Assembly (NCBI RefSeq): GCF_000018465.1
Contig: NC_010085.1
Location: 510,001-542,000 of the forward strand
DNA length: 32,000 nt
Direction: 5' to 3'
From: Nitrosopumilus maritimus SCM1
GTDB taxonomy: Archaea; Thermoproteota; Nitrososphaeria; Nitrososphaerales; Nitrosopumilaceae
How positions within the stretch are numbered: position 1 is the first letter of the stretch; every line of letters begins with the position of its first letter. A model generated the notes under the pieces. It was given only the letters and a program-made list of their open reading frames with translations. It was not told the DNA's origin and did no database searches. Position numbers and translations under genes: made by a program. Positions 1 to 9,283 of this stretch are shown here, piece after piece.

Positions 1-80
1 AATTCTTATCATAATTTGTACCATAAGCTTAGCCTTAGCAAGTTTTTTTAATAGAAAATAACACAATACTTTTGAAAATC

Positions 81-596
81 ATGCGAATTTCTCCAAAAAT
101 GAAAAAAGCTCTCAATGATCAAATTGCTTTAGAGGCTGCAGCTTCTAATAGCTACTTGGCAATGGCTTCATGGTGTGAAGTTACAGGATACCAAGGCGGT
201 GCTGATTTTTTTTATGCACAATCTGATGAGGAAAAAACTCACATGCTAAAAATAATCCATTACCTAAATGACATTGGAGCTACCGCAACAATTCCTGCAG
301 TAAAAGCACCAACAAGTTCTTACAAATCACTTGAAGGTGTAGTTAAAACTGCTCTAAAAAGTGAACAAACTGTTACAAAAGCAATTCACAAAATGGTTGA
401 ACTCTCTCACAAAGAAAAAGATCATTGCACATATGCATTTTTAGAATGGTTTGTCAACGAACAAGTACAAGAAGAAACAAAATTTGAAACTATATTGCAA
501 AAATTTGATCTTCTTGGCAGAGACAAATTAGGAATTAATGAAGTAGACAAATTCTTAGCTGCCCAAGCTGGCGATTCTGCTCCTCCTGCAGCTTAG
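81..596 (+). CDS. ferritin-like iron-storage protein (ferritin/Dps superfamily)
   Basis: The ORF 72-596 translation resembles non-haem ferritins ('KMKKALNDQIALEAAASNSYLAMASW', 'EEKTHMLKII', 'EWFVNEQVQEE'), a four-helix-bundle E/H ligand pattern. ATG at 81 is preferred over TTG at 72. Confidence 0.85.
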   Translation: MRISPKMKKALNDQIALEAAASNSYLAMASWCEVTGYQGGADFFYAQSDEEKTHMLKIIHYLNDIGATATIPAVKAPTSSYKSLEGVVKTALKSEQTVTKAIHKMVELSHKEKDHCTYAFLEWFVNEQVQEETKFETILQKFDLLGRDKLGINEVDKFLAAQAGDSAPPAA

Positions 597-599
597 AAC

Positions 600-607
600 T
601 TTTTTTT
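600..607 (+). terminator. oligo-T run (T8) immediately after the ferritin stop codon
   Basis: tttttttt begins 4 nt after TAG at 594-596. Archaeal intrinsic termination typically uses oligo-T tracts. Confidence 0.4.
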
Positions 608-665
608 AAAATAATTAACACGGTATTGTTTTCAATTTTGTTTTAATTTCAATTCGCTCTAAACT

Positions 666-776
666 CTAAGGTTTGTATTTTTCACATTTACAGCCTCGAA
701 CCATACATTTTCCATTTCCATCCATATGAATTGAATTATCATGATAACATCCAATTATATTATTACTGCACTTCAT
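666..776 (-). CDS. tiny Cys-rich protein (36 aa), hypothetical
   Basis: Hand-translated ATG ORF below the track cutoff: MKCSNNIIGCYHDNSIHMDGNGKCMVRGCKCEKYKP. It has 5 Cys and 2 His, including a CxC. No homology check was possible. Confidence 0.3.
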   Translation of the reverse strand: MKCSNNIIGCYHDNSIHMDGNGKCMVRGCKCEKYKP

Positions 777-799
777 TTTGATTTTCCTCAAATTAGAAA

Positions 800-913
800 T
801 TATTTTGACTCGTTATGGTCTTTACCAATGTGAGTAGCAAGGTCAATTACACTACTTCCAAAGTCCTTTCCGCAAAACTTGCAATGAAACGTATACTCAT
901 TTGACAAGGACAA
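800..913 (-). CDS. stand-alone mini C2H2 zinc-finger protein (about 37 aa)
   Basis: Hand translation gives LSLSNEYTFHCKFCGKDFGSSVIDLATHIGKDHNESK. This fits the classical C-x2-C-x3-F-x6-L-x2-H-x4-H pattern. Only TTG starts (913 or 907) are available after the upstream in-frame stop. Confidence 0.35.
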   Translation of the reverse strand: MSLSNEYTFHCKFCGKDFGSSVIDLATHIGKDHNESK

Positions 914-958
914 TTCTTGAACATAATATTATTTAAAAAATTTCTAATCTTGATTGAT

Positions 959-1132
959 TTATCCGTAAATTAGACAATGTTCGCATTCACAAACATCTTG
1001 TTTTCCTGCTTTCTTCAAACAATTCTTGTGTTGCCCTGCTTGACACTGGACACAAATCTCATCTAGGTTCTCAACAGATGTATATTTTTTTGATTGATCA
1101 AATCCAAAACCTCCATCTTGTGGTCCTACCAT
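959..1132 (-). CDS. small Cys-rich protein (57 aa), putative metal-binding
   Basis: Hand-translated ATG ORF: MVGPQDGGFGFDQSKKYTSVENLDEICVQCQAGQHKNCLKKAGKQDVCECEHCLIYG. It contains CxxC...C...CxCxxC. Confidence 0.4.
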   Translation of the reverse strand: MVGPQDGGFGFDQSKKYTSVENLDEICVQCQAGQHKNCLKKAGKQDVCECEHCLIYG

Positions 1133-1163
1133 ATTTTTACATGTATGATGTAGTATTTCTAGT

Positions 1164-1466
1164 TCACTGATTTATTGCAGATTTTATTGTATCAAGTAAT
1201 TCATTTTTATGTTCTTCAATGATTCCTCTTATCTCAAATGAATCAACATATCCTCCAGCTGATGCACGTGTTGCTTTTAGTAAATAATGCAATGCACCCT
1301 CTTCAATTTTTCCAATATAGTATCCATACAAAAAATCTATTTCATTTTCACACTTCCAAATTTTTTTAATGTTTGGAAATGTTTGTTTTATCTCCGAATT
1401 AATTTCTAAAATTCTATTTTTTATGTATTGATCAAGTGATTTTCTAATTGTGGAATCTTGTAACAA
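1164..1466 (-). CDS. hypothetical protein (100 aa)
   Basis: ORF-track entry with a TTG start. Composition is helical and soluble-looking, with no recognisable family. Confidence 0.45.
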   Translation of the reverse strand: MLQDSTIRKSLDQYIKNRILEINSEIKQTFPNIKKIWKCENEIDFLYGYYIGKIEEGALHYLLKATRASAGGYVDSFEIRGIIEEHKNELLDTIKSAINQ

Positions 1467-1492
1467 TTGTAATTTGTTTAGAATCCTTGTTT

Positions 1493-1636
1493 TTAGTCCT
1501 TTTTCTCATCATTGGCATCTTCTGGGTTATCCCACATGTGCATTGTTCCTCTGATCATAAATGAGCCTACGATAATGGCTACTAGCCCTCCTACGATAAA
1601 CACAAAAAATTTACCTACGTCTTTTATGCTTGCCAA
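1493..1636 (-). CDS. possible small single-pass membrane protein (47 aa)
   Basis: Hand translation gives LASIKDVGKFFVFIVGGLVAIIVGSFMIRGTMHMWDNPEDANDEKKD: one hydrophobic helix plus an acidic tail. Only a TTG start is available. Confidence 0.25.
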   Translation of the reverse strand: MASIKDVGKFFVFIVGGLVAIIVGSFMIRGTMHMWDNPEDANDEKKD

Positions 1637-1721
1637 TGATGCTTTATTGTTGTCATTCTAATTATAATTGTCTAAGTGATTCAATTAGATTCAATAATGA
1701 GATTGAAATGAATTTTATCAT

Positions 1722-1820
1722 ATGTCTAGGATTAAACAAATCGCTATTTGGATTGGAATAATCGGTGGAGGAATAGGATTCTTCTTCTTTTCAATAGAAG
1801 CTGCAGAATTTATGCGATAA
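1722..1820 (+). CDS. possible small membrane peptide (32 aa)
   Basis: ATG ORF MSRIKQIAIWIGIIGGGIGFFFFSIEAAEFMR, with a single Gly-rich TM helix. Confidence 0.3.
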   Translation: MSRIKQIAIWIGIIGGGIGFFFFSIEAAEFMR

Positions 1821-1860
1821 TTCTCAAAAATTAATTACATCCTAACAACTTGTAAAAATA

Positions 1861-2307
1861 TTGTTTGAAATTACTGAAGAAATCAAGAACTTTTTGAATC
1901 TACAAAAATTAGGTTATGTTGCCACAGTATCTTCCGATGGAATGCCAAACATTTCTCCTAAGGGAACCATAATTGGATGGTCAAAAAACCAATTAGCATT
2001 TGCAGACATTCGTTCTCCTGACACCATGAAAAATTTGCAGACTAATCCTAATGTCGAAATTAATGTAATTGATCCTTTGTTACGCAAGGGATTTTTATTC
2101 AAAGGTTCAGCCAAAATCCTTGAAGATTCCACTATTTATGATGAAATCTTGAACTATTATCGTAATAATGGCATAAAGAGTCCAATCAACTCAATTGTTC
2201 TAGTTGATGTGGCTGAAATTTCAGAAGTAACTTCCCCTCTATATGATATGGGTATTGGTGAAGAGGAAATTAAATCAAAATGGAAAAAGCATTTTGATAG
2301 TTTATGA
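1861..2307 (+). CDS. pyridoxamine 5'-phosphate oxidase-like FMN-binding split-barrel protein
   Basis: 'LGYVATVSSDGMPNISPKG...LAFADIRSPDTMKNLQTNPNVEINVID' matches the PNPOx-like family pattern. The TTG start is forced: there is an in-frame stop at 1843 and no ATG until codon 28. Confidence 0.7.
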   Translation: MFEITEEIKNFLNLQKLGYVATVSSDGMPNISPKGTIIGWSKNQLAFADIRSPDTMKNLQTNPNVEINVIDPLLRKGFLFKGSAKILEDSTIYDEILNYYRNNGIKSPINSIVLVDVAEISEVTSPLYDMGIGEEEIKSKWKKHFDSL

Positions 2308-3066
2308 TTTTTCTGATTTTAATTTGTCTAATTCTTTTTTAGTCTCTTCATGCTCTTCTCTTTCTTTTTCTAAAAGCAATTGAATTGCTTCTAATTCTTT
2401 ATGTGCATTGTTTAATTTTGATTTTAACGAGCCTACAACAGCACTTGCAGCCTCTATTACTCCAGCAGAACTTTTGTTATCTCCTTGTATGAATTCTCTT
2501 TCTTTTGGTGTAAGAATATTGGTATCTTGAAATTCATCTTTTTTGTTTAATTCTTCTTTTGCATTGTATAATCGTGAATTTGCCTCATCTAGTTCCTTTT
2601 CTGCTTCGACTTGCTGTTTTCTAATTTGAGATAGCATTGATTGCTCTGATGCAACACTTTCTTTAGTTTTCTCATATTCTTTTGTAATTTCTTCTAACTC
2701 TTGTTTTACCTTTGATAAGTTCTCTTCTGTTTTTGTAAACTCTTCAAATGATTCTGAATTTTTGATTTTCTCTGATTCTATAATTTTTTCTTTAGTTTCT
2801 TTGTATTCTCGTAAAACAATGTCTAACTCCATTTTTTTTTGATTAAGTTCCTTTTTAACTAACATCAAATTACTAACCGCTGTTTCATATTCTTCTTTGA
2901 CTGAATCAATTTTTTGTTGAATATCATTTAACTCATCTTGTTTTCTTCTAAACTCATTTTGTAGACTTTCAACTTCAGTTTCTAATTCTTTTTTTAGAAC
3001 AGATTCTTCATTATTTTCTGATACTGCGTCTTCCTTTTTCCCAAACAATCCCAATTCATTTCTCAC
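2302..3066 (-). CDS. E/K-rich coiled-coil protein, hypothetical
   Basis: 254 aa, almost entirely heptad-like charged sequence, with a GTG start. It follows the small membrane ORF on the same strand after a 28-nt gap. Confidence 0.6.
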   Translation of the reverse strand: MRNELGLFGKKEDAVSENNEESVLKKELETEVESLQNEFRRKQDELNDIQQKIDSVKEEYETAVSNLMLVKKELNQKKMELDIVLREYKETKEKIIESEKIKNSESFEEFTKTEENLSKVKQELEEITKEYEKTKESVASEQSMLSQIRKQQVEAEKELDEANSRLYNAKEELNKKDEFQDTNILTPKEREFIQGDNKSSAGVIEAASAVVGSLKSKLNNAHKELEAIQLLLEKEREEHEETKKELDKLKSEKS

Positions 3067-3094
3067 CGTATTTCTCTAAGAGACCCATCTTTCT

Positions 3095-3295
3095 TTATGG
3101 TTGTTTTGTTCTGTGTCTGATGAATTTGAGATAGAATCCCAATCCTCCAATTAACAGACCTGCAACCCATGTTGCTATGCTCATGCTTTTAGGAACAATT
3201 GCTTCTTGTGGGCCTATGATGAGTAATAGTGCCCCTAAGATGATTAATGCAAATCCTCCACTCCTTTTTGATTTGTTGTGCTCAGAATGGGCCAT
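3095..3295 (-). CDS. small two-TM membrane protein (66 aa)
   Basis: Two hydrophobic segments (GGFALIILGALLLIIG; IATWVAGLLIGGLGFYL) with a basic C-terminus. It starts 3 nt after the lysK stop. Confidence 0.55.
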   Translation of the reverse strand: MAHSEHNKSKRSGGFALIILGALLLIIGPQEAIVPKSMSIATWVAGLLIGGLGFYLKFIRHRTKQP

Positions 3296-3298
3296 TTT

Positions 3299-4888
3299 TT
3301 ACGTATACTCTGATATTGTTTTTGCTACTTGCTTTCTTCCAATATCTGAAATGAATGGACCTATCTTTGGACCTCTAGATGTCCCCAAAATAATCTGATA
3401 AAGTATTTTGAAGAAATCTTTTGGTTGCACATCATTTGATTTTGCAATTTGGTAAATTGTATTTTGAATATCTTCTGGTTCTTCGTCTGCTCCTAATGCT
3501 TCAGACAAAATCTTTAATGCTTTTTTTGAAGTTTCATCTAAATCGATTTGTGTTTTCTCTTGTTCATCAAATTCATCTGAATAATTACCTGCAAGATCTA
3601 TGAGTTTTTCAATTTCTGGTTCTGGATTTTTTATAACTCCATAATCTAGTAATTTTTTCATCACTCTTTCGTTTCTGTTTTCTTTGAATATCTTTGCTAA
3701 TTCAATTAACAATCTATAGTTTACATGTGTACTTGCTTGCTTTGGCGGATTTAACAAATTAACATACTCGTACAGTCCTTTTGATTTTGTGAGTTTTGCT
3801 GGATTGTCTACTTTGATTCTTCCAAAGAAGATATCTTCTAATTCATTATATTCACTCATCAATGATGGAATGTCTTCTAACCCTAATTCTCTTGCACCTG
3901 TGATTCTTTTGTATAGTAACAATAGAATTGATTTTGGACTGCCAAACTCCATCCATCTTTGAGCAGTCAACACATTTCCTAGAGATTTTGAAATCTTTTT
4001 TCCACCTTTATCTAGAAACATTTCATATTTTACGTGATGAGGATGTGGGAACTGTAAAATTTCATCTGCTACCCAATCATTTACTTTGACTGAGTCCATG
4101 ATATCTTTCCCATATGCTTCAAATCTAATATCAAATGCAGACCATCTTGCAGCAAACTCTACTTTCCAGGCTAGTTTCCCTAAATCTTTTGTAATGTCTG
4201 CTTCTCCTTCATAACCACATCCTTTGACCATTTTCCCACCGATTTCTGCATCATGGCATCTGTACTTTACCTTCTTTTCATCAGCAATGTACTCTATTGC
4301 TTCTGCTGTGTAGAGACGATTACAATTAGCACATACTGGGAAATATGGCAAATATTTTTGATATTTCTCTTGTCCTACTAGTTCTGCAATTTTATCTCCA
4401 ATCTTTGTACTGTTTTGGAGGATTGTGTGGATTTGGTCTTTGAGTAATCCTTGTTTGTAAGTGTCTTTGGCTCGTCTGAATTCATATTTTATTCCAACTT
4501 CGTCTAGTCCTTCTAAGAGTATACTGCTCATATGCATTCCATACGAATCATGTTCTCCATATGGATCTGGAATGAGTGAAACTGGTTTTGCAATATGTTC
4601 TTCTAATCCAAAATCTTTCATTCCTTCAGGAATTTTTCTTAATCCATCAAGATCATCTGAATATGCAATTAATTCTGATTTGTATCCTAAATTCTCTAAC
4701 GCAAGTTTAACACCATATGCTCTTACTGCATCACCTAAACTTCCAATGTGTGGAATTCCGGATGCACCAAGACCGCTTTCGACTCTTAAAACATCTGTAT
4801 TTCTACCAAGTGCTTTTTCTCTTTCTAGTAATTCATATGCTAACTTGTCAATCCAAGTCCCTTTACCAATAATTTCTTGTTCAGACAT
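3299..4888 (-). CDS. lysK: lysyl-tRNA synthetase, class I
   Basis: Class I signatures are visible: HIGH-type 'PHIGSLGD' and KMSKS-type 'KKISKSLGN'. Length and overall sequence are typical of archaeal class I LysRS. Confidence 0.95.
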   Translation of the reverse strand: MSEQEIIGKGTWIDKLAYELLEREKALGRNTDVLRVESGLGASGIPHIGSLGDAVRAYGVKLALENLGYKSELIAYSDDLDGLRKIPEGMKDFGLEEHIAKPVSLIPDPYGEHDSYGMHMSSILLEGLDEVGIKYEFRRAKDTYKQGLLKDQIHTILQNSTKIGDKIAELVGQEKYQKYLPYFPVCANCNRLYTAEAIEYIADEKKVKYRCHDAEIGGKMVKGCGYEGEADITKDLGKLAWKVEFAARWSAFDIRFEAYGKDIMDSVKVNDWVADEILQFPHPHHVKYEMFLDKGGKKISKSLGNVLTAQRWMEFGSPKSILLLLYKRITGARELGLEDIPSLMSEYNELEDIFFGRIKVDNPAKLTKSKGLYEYVNLLNPPKQASTHVNYRLLIELAKIFKENRNERVMKKLLDYGVIKNPEPEIEKLIDLAGNYSDEFDEQEKTQIDLDETSKKALKILSEALGADEEPEDIQNTIYQIAKSNDVQPKDFFKILYQIILGTSRGPKIGPFISDIGRKQVAKTISEYT

Positions 4889-4891
4889 TTA

Positions 4892-6475
4892 CTAACTCAA
4901 CTCTTTTGCCATGTATGGCCCATATAACGAATACCCTAATTTTTGGTAATACTCTCTTGTTCCAACTGCACTAATTACCAACATCTTCTTTGCATCAAAC
5001 TCTTCTTTTGATATTTTCTCAGCTTCTTTCATCAATTTTTTACCAAATCCTGAATGCTGAATTTCATTTTCTTCTTTTTCTCCAATCTTTAGAGACTTTC
5101 CATAAACATGTAATTCTCTTACAATACATGTGTCTTTGACTTCATCTCTATGTGCATCATCACTTGGTTTTCTTAATCTCAAAAATCCATAAATTGATTC
5201 ATCTTCATCCTCAAATGACAAGAACACTTCTTTTCCTCCTGATGAATCATAATTGATTCGTGTTAGTTTGATGTCTCTTTCCTCTGGGTTGGATTTGGTT
5301 AATCCTGCCTCTCGGCATCTGATACATTTGCATTTTAGTCCTTGTTTTGTCAAATTTTGATGCACAATCTGTCTTAGATTGCCTGATTTTGGACCTGCGA
5401 TAATCTCATTTGGAGATATTTCTCTTTGAACACGCATGATTCTGACCCATTTTGGGATGTCTTTCTTTACTTCTGTTAGAACCTGAATCATATCTTCATC
5501 TGAATATGGAGTGTATTTTCCGTCCTTGTATTCTTGATACATTGGGGTGTTTTCGATAACTAATGATGGATATATTTTGAGCATATCTGGACGTAACTGT
5601 GAATCTGAAAACAATTTTTTAAAATCTGCAATGTCTCCTTCTGGCGTCATTGTAGGAAGTCCTGGCATCATATGTGCAACTAGTTTGTAACCTGCATCTT
5701 TTGAAATTTGAAATGATTCGACTACGTCATTGTAATTGTGACCTCTGTTGATAATATTGTAGACTCTTTCTTGCAGTGACTGTACCCCAATCTCTATTCT
5801 TGTCACTCCATAATCTAACATCCAATCAACATGTTCTTTTTTACAAAAATCTGGCTTTGTTTCAATTGTAAATCCTACATTTCTTATTGATGCATGTTCA
5901 TTGTTTGATTTTGCTTCTTCCAAATTTTTAGAGTCTGTACCATTTAGCGCATCATAACATGATTTGATAAAATTTTCTTGGTAATCTCTGGGCATAAAGA
6001 GAAATGTCCCTCCGACAATTACTATCTCCATTTTTGATGGGTCATGTCCAAATGCAATCAGCTTATCAATTTTAGTTGTGATTTGTAATTTTGGATCATA
6101 CTCGTTTTCAATTGCATTTAGAGTTGATGGTTCATTTCCTGTGTAACTGTTTGGTGAATTAAATTCAATTCCTCCTGGGCAATATGTACATCTTCCATGT
6201 GGACATGCATATGGTTTTGGCATTAATGCAACTACTGCAACTCCTGATGCAGTTTTTGCAGGTTTCTTTAACAAGACTTTTCTGAGTTTATCAAATTCTG
6301 ATTCTTTTGCCATTGAAAGTATTTCGTGATTTCTTGGAATTCTTTCAAGTGAGTATTTGGCACAAATTCTCTTTATCTCTTCTTTTACTTGCTTTTTGCT
6401 TGGTTCATTGATTGTAAGCAAATTCTGAGTAATTTCACTACATGCCTTTGAGAATACTGAATCTAACTTACTCAT
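4892..6475 (-). CDS. elp3: Elp3-family radical SAM/GNAT enzyme (tRNA U34 modification / acetyltransferase homologue)
   Basis: It has a radical-SAM region with a Cys cluster ('CPHGRCTYCPGG') and a C-terminal GNAT motif ('HSGFGKKLM'). At 527 aa it matches archaeal Elp3. Confidence 0.92.
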   Translation of the reverse strand: MSKLDSVFSKACSEITQNLLTINEPSKKQVKEEIKRICAKYSLERIPRNHEILSMAKESEFDKLRKVLLKKPAKTASGVAVVALMPKPYACPHGRCTYCPGGIEFNSPNSYTGNEPSTLNAIENEYDPKLQITTKIDKLIAFGHDPSKMEIVIVGGTFLFMPRDYQENFIKSCYDALNGTDSKNLEEAKSNNEHASIRNVGFTIETKPDFCKKEHVDWMLDYGVTRIEIGVQSLQERVYNIINRGHNYNDVVESFQISKDAGYKLVAHMMPGLPTMTPEGDIADFKKLFSDSQLRPDMLKIYPSLVIENTPMYQEYKDGKYTPYSDEDMIQVLTEVKKDIPKWVRIMRVQREISPNEIIAGPKSGNLRQIVHQNLTKQGLKCKCIRCREAGLTKSNPEERDIKLTRINYDSSGGKEVFLSFEDEDESIYGFLRLRKPSDDAHRDEVKDTCIVRELHVYGKSLKIGEKEENEIQHSGFGKKLMKEAEKISKEEFDAKKMLVISAVGTREYYQKLGYSLYGPYMAKELS

Positions 6476-6531
6476 GGATACTCACACTGATTTGGACATA
6501 AATTCGTTAAATAATTTGGCTAATTTTGAGC

Positions 6532-6855
6532 CTATCGTCGCCTAGTTTTCTTTTTTGATTTTGATGCTTTTCTAACTACTTTTCTCTTTGTAGTCTTTCT
6601 AGCTGGTTTTCTCTTTACAGTCTTTTTCTTTGCAGCAGTCTTTCTCTTTGTAGTCTTTCTAACTGGTTTTCTCTTTACAGTCTTTTTCTTTGCAGCAGTC
6701 TTTCTCTTTGTAGTCTTTCTAGCTGGTTTTTTGGAAATACTTACTTTAAGATTCTTTAATTCATTTAATTCATCTTGAATTTTCTTGATCTCTGCAACCA
6801 TCCTTTCTTTGAATGATTGGCTATCTGCATCAGCTGACATGTTACTAATTTTCAC
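6532..6855 (-). CDS. lysine-rich basic repeat protein with N-terminal coiled coil (histone H1-like composition)
   Basis: An N-terminal helix (FKERMVAEIKKIQDELNELKNL) is followed by three 20-aa repeats, KP(A/V)RKTTKRKTAAKKKTVKR. GTG start at 6855; alternative ATG at 6840. Confidence 0.7.
   Translation of the reverse strand: MKISNMSADADSQSFKERMVAEIKKIQDELNELKNLKVSISKKPARKTTKRKTAAKKKTVKRKPVRKTTKRKTAAKKKTVKRKPARKTTKRKVVRKASKSKKKTRRR
6581..6730 (-). repeat. 60-bp in-frame tandem repeat, about 2.5 copies
   Basis: 6601-6660 and 6661-6720 differ at a single base (6602 g vs 6662 a). Flanking partial copies lie at 6581-6600 and 6721-6730. Confidence 0.95.
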
Positions 6856-6886
6856 GAATTTTTGTAGAATTTAAGACTTGCTCGGT

Positions 6887-8137
6887 TTACTCTGGCTTTT
6901 GTTCTATGCTTTGTTCTGGTTCACCACTTCCACTTCTTTGCTCTTTTCTGTATTCCATCTTTAACCAAATTGGTGTAATTATTGTAGTGACTGCAACCAT
7001 GATTACAATTGTAGAGTATACTTCTGATGTTAATACTCCTGCAGTAACTCCTACTCCTGCAACAATTAATCCTACTTCTCCTCTTGAAATCATTCCAATA
7101 CCCACTCTCATTCCCTGAGCTTTGTTTTTCAAGAAGAACATTGCTGGCAATCCACAACCTAACAACTTTGTAACAATTGCAACTGCAATGATTACTCCAC
7201 TGATCATCAAAATATTCAAATCAACTGCCCGTAGGTCTACCTGCGCTCCAATAATTGCAAAGAATAACGGTGCAAAAATCAATCCAATCTTTCCGATATA
7301 ATTCTCAACCTTTTCAAACACTTTGGTAGTCGACAATGCCATTCCTACTGCAAACGCACCAACAATCGGTGACAATCCAATTGAGCCTGCAAGCGCTGCA
7401 GCACCAAAGAACGACGCTGTGGCTATTCCTTCAACACTACCCTTTGCCTTCCATAAACGTGGAGTGATGACTTTGGGAATTACTATTACTGCTACAATTA
7501 ACATAATTGCAAAGAATCCTAGTACTTGCAAAATTGTTATCATCACATCTGTGATTACTATGCTTTCAATTCCTGCATCTGAACCTGTTATTGAAATTAC
7601 AACTGACAAAACTGCAATCGCTAATATGTCATCAACTACTGCAGCACCAATAATCAATCTAGCTTCAGGTGCCTTTAGCTTACCAAATTCACTAAGTACT
7701 TGAATCGAAATTGCAATACTGGTAGCTGTGAGCGCTGTTGCAATTAACATCGATTCTAACGCTTCGAATCCAAAAAATCCAAAAATTAGAAAACCTGCAA
7801 AGAACGGGACTACCACCCCTAATGTCCCAACGGTAAACGACGCCTTTCCACCTTTCAGGAATTCTTTTGGTGTCATTTCTAATCCTGCCATAAACAAAAT
7901 TACAATTGCGCCCATTTCTCCTAGAATTTTTATCTCATCATTGATGTGCAACAACTGTTTTCCATCTATGATGAAAAACTGACCTAACGCAAATGGTCCA
8001 ACAATCATTCCTGCTAATAATTCGCCTAATACAATTGGAAGCTTTAATCTCAAGAAAAGCTCTGCCATTAATTTAGCTGCAAAAAGGAGTATGCCAATCC
8101 CGATAATTGTTTCAATGAAATGTGCATCTGCAGCCAT
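6887..8137 (-). CDS. monovalent cation:proton antiporter (CPA2 / Na+/H+ exchanger family)
   Basis: 416 aa with about 12 TM segments. The N-terminal 'LLFAAKLMAELFLRLKLPIVLGELLAGMIVGP' is typical of Kef/NapA-type exchangers. Confidence 0.88.
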   Translation of the reverse strand: MAADAHFIETIIGIGILLFAAKLMAELFLRLKLPIVLGELLAGMIVGPFALGQFFIIDGKQLLHINDEIKILGEMGAIVILFMAGLEMTPKEFLKGGKASFTVGTLGVVVPFFAGFLIFGFFGFEALESMLIATALTATSIAISIQVLSEFGKLKAPEARLIIGAAVVDDILAIAVLSVVISITGSDAGIESIVITDVMITILQVLGFFAIMLIVAVIVIPKVITPRLWKAKGSVEGIATASFFGAAALAGSIGLSPIVGAFAVGMALSTTKVFEKVENYIGKIGLIFAPLFFAIIGAQVDLRAVDLNILMISGVIIAVAIVTKLLGCGLPAMFFLKNKAQGMRVGIGMISRGEVGLIVAGVGVTAGVLTSEVYSTIVIMVAVTTIITPIWLKMEYRKEQRSGSGEPEQSIEQKPE

Positions 8138-8211
8138 CTTTCTCTTATTGTTCTGGAGAAATCTGTAATATAAGGCGATACTAGGTTGAAAATTATTTTA
8201 CTATTGTTAAA

Positions 8212-9234
8212 TTATGCAATTTTTTGTGAATTTACAAAAACACCTTTCTTAGAAACAATTTGGCCTATCTCCTGACTTGAGATCTTGTATTTTTTGAATA
8301 TTGATTTGATTTTTGTTGCCTGATCTTTTGGTGCCACCACACAAAATCCTACCCCCATGTTGAATGTCTTGTACATTTCTTCAGACTTTACTCCTTGTTC
8401 TGCAATGAGACCCATGATTGGTGGGATTTTTGGCAAGGAATCTATTTCGTAGCCTATTTTCTTTAGTCGTAACAGTTTGGTAAATGAGCCTCCAGTTATA
8501 TGTGCAAGACCGTTAATCTTGCATTTTTCAACCATCTCTAAAACTGGTTTTGTATAGATTTCAGTTGGTTTTAGTAATGCATCCCCAATGGTTCCTACTC
8601 CTTTTACTTTGTCTTTAACTGAATATTTTTTCAATAATGCTTTTCTTGCAAGTGAATACCCGTTTGAATGAATTCCTGTACTGTTTGCACCAATTATTAC
8701 GTCTCCTGCTCTTATTTTGTTTCCAAGCACCATCTGTTTTTTCTCTACTAATCCTACAACCATCCCTGCTAGATCAAATGCAAAACCTTTCCCTTCTATG
8801 ACATCTGGCATGATTGCAGTCTCTCCTCCTACAATTGGCATTGCAGATTTTTTTGCACCTTTCACCAACCCTTCTACAATTTTTTTGAAAATTGGCACAT
8901 CATTTTTGTTTGCAGCAATGTAATCTACAAATGATATTGGTGTTGCACCAATACAGATTATATCATTAACATTCATTGCAACACAATCAATTCCTATTGT
9001 GTTGTATTTTTTCATCATGTTTGCAATAACTACTTTGGTTCCAACCCCATCAGTATGTGTAGCTAAAAGTTTTCCTCCTGGAATTTCTACAATTCCTGCA
9101 TAATGACCAAACCCATGTGCTATCTTTGCTTTTTTTTGTAGTTTATGAGTTGATGAAATTAATTTGCCAATTGCCATCTGGCTTTGTTTAATTTTGGAAA
9201 TGTCTACTCCTGCTTTTTTGTAGGTTAGAGCCAT
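8212..9234 (-). CDS. purM: phosphoribosylformylglycinamidine cyclo-ligase (AIR synthetase)
   Basis: The N-terminal 'YKKAGVDI' and 'THTDGVGTK', 'GGETA' and 'HITGGS' blocks are typical of PurM. Length is 340 aa. Confidence 0.92.
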   Translation of the reverse strand: MALTYKKAGVDISKIKQSQMAIGKLISSTHKLQKKAKIAHGFGHYAGIVEIPGGKLLATHTDGVGTKVVIANMMKKYNTIGIDCVAMNVNDIICIGATPISFVDYIAANKNDVPIFKKIVEGLVKGAKKSAMPIVGGETAIMPDVIEGKGFAFDLAGMVVGLVEKKQMVLGNKIRAGDVIIGANSTGIHSNGYSLARKALLKKYSVKDKVKGVGTIGDALLKPTEIYTKPVLEMVEKCKINGLAHITGGSFTKLLRLKKIGYEIDSLPKIPPIMGLIAEQGVKSEEMYKTFNMGVGFCVVAPKDQATKIKSIFKKYKISSQEIGQIVSKKGVFVNSQKIA

Positions 9235-9283
9235 AGTTTGTTGCCCTCTTGTTGTGAATAAAAGAATTTGCCCGTTATCTCGA

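Noticed and set aside
4461-4895. 144-aa plus-strand ORF inside lysK
   Set aside because: It is antisense to class I LysRS, whose catalytic motifs are unambiguous. The translation is Ser/Pro-rich and low-complexity.
7323-7982. Plus-strand ORFs (126 aa, 84 aa) and other ORFs inside the CPA2 antiporter gene
   Set aside because: They are antisense shadow frames of a membrane-protein gene, with Thr/Pro/Ala/Ile-rich low-complexity translations and no independent signals.
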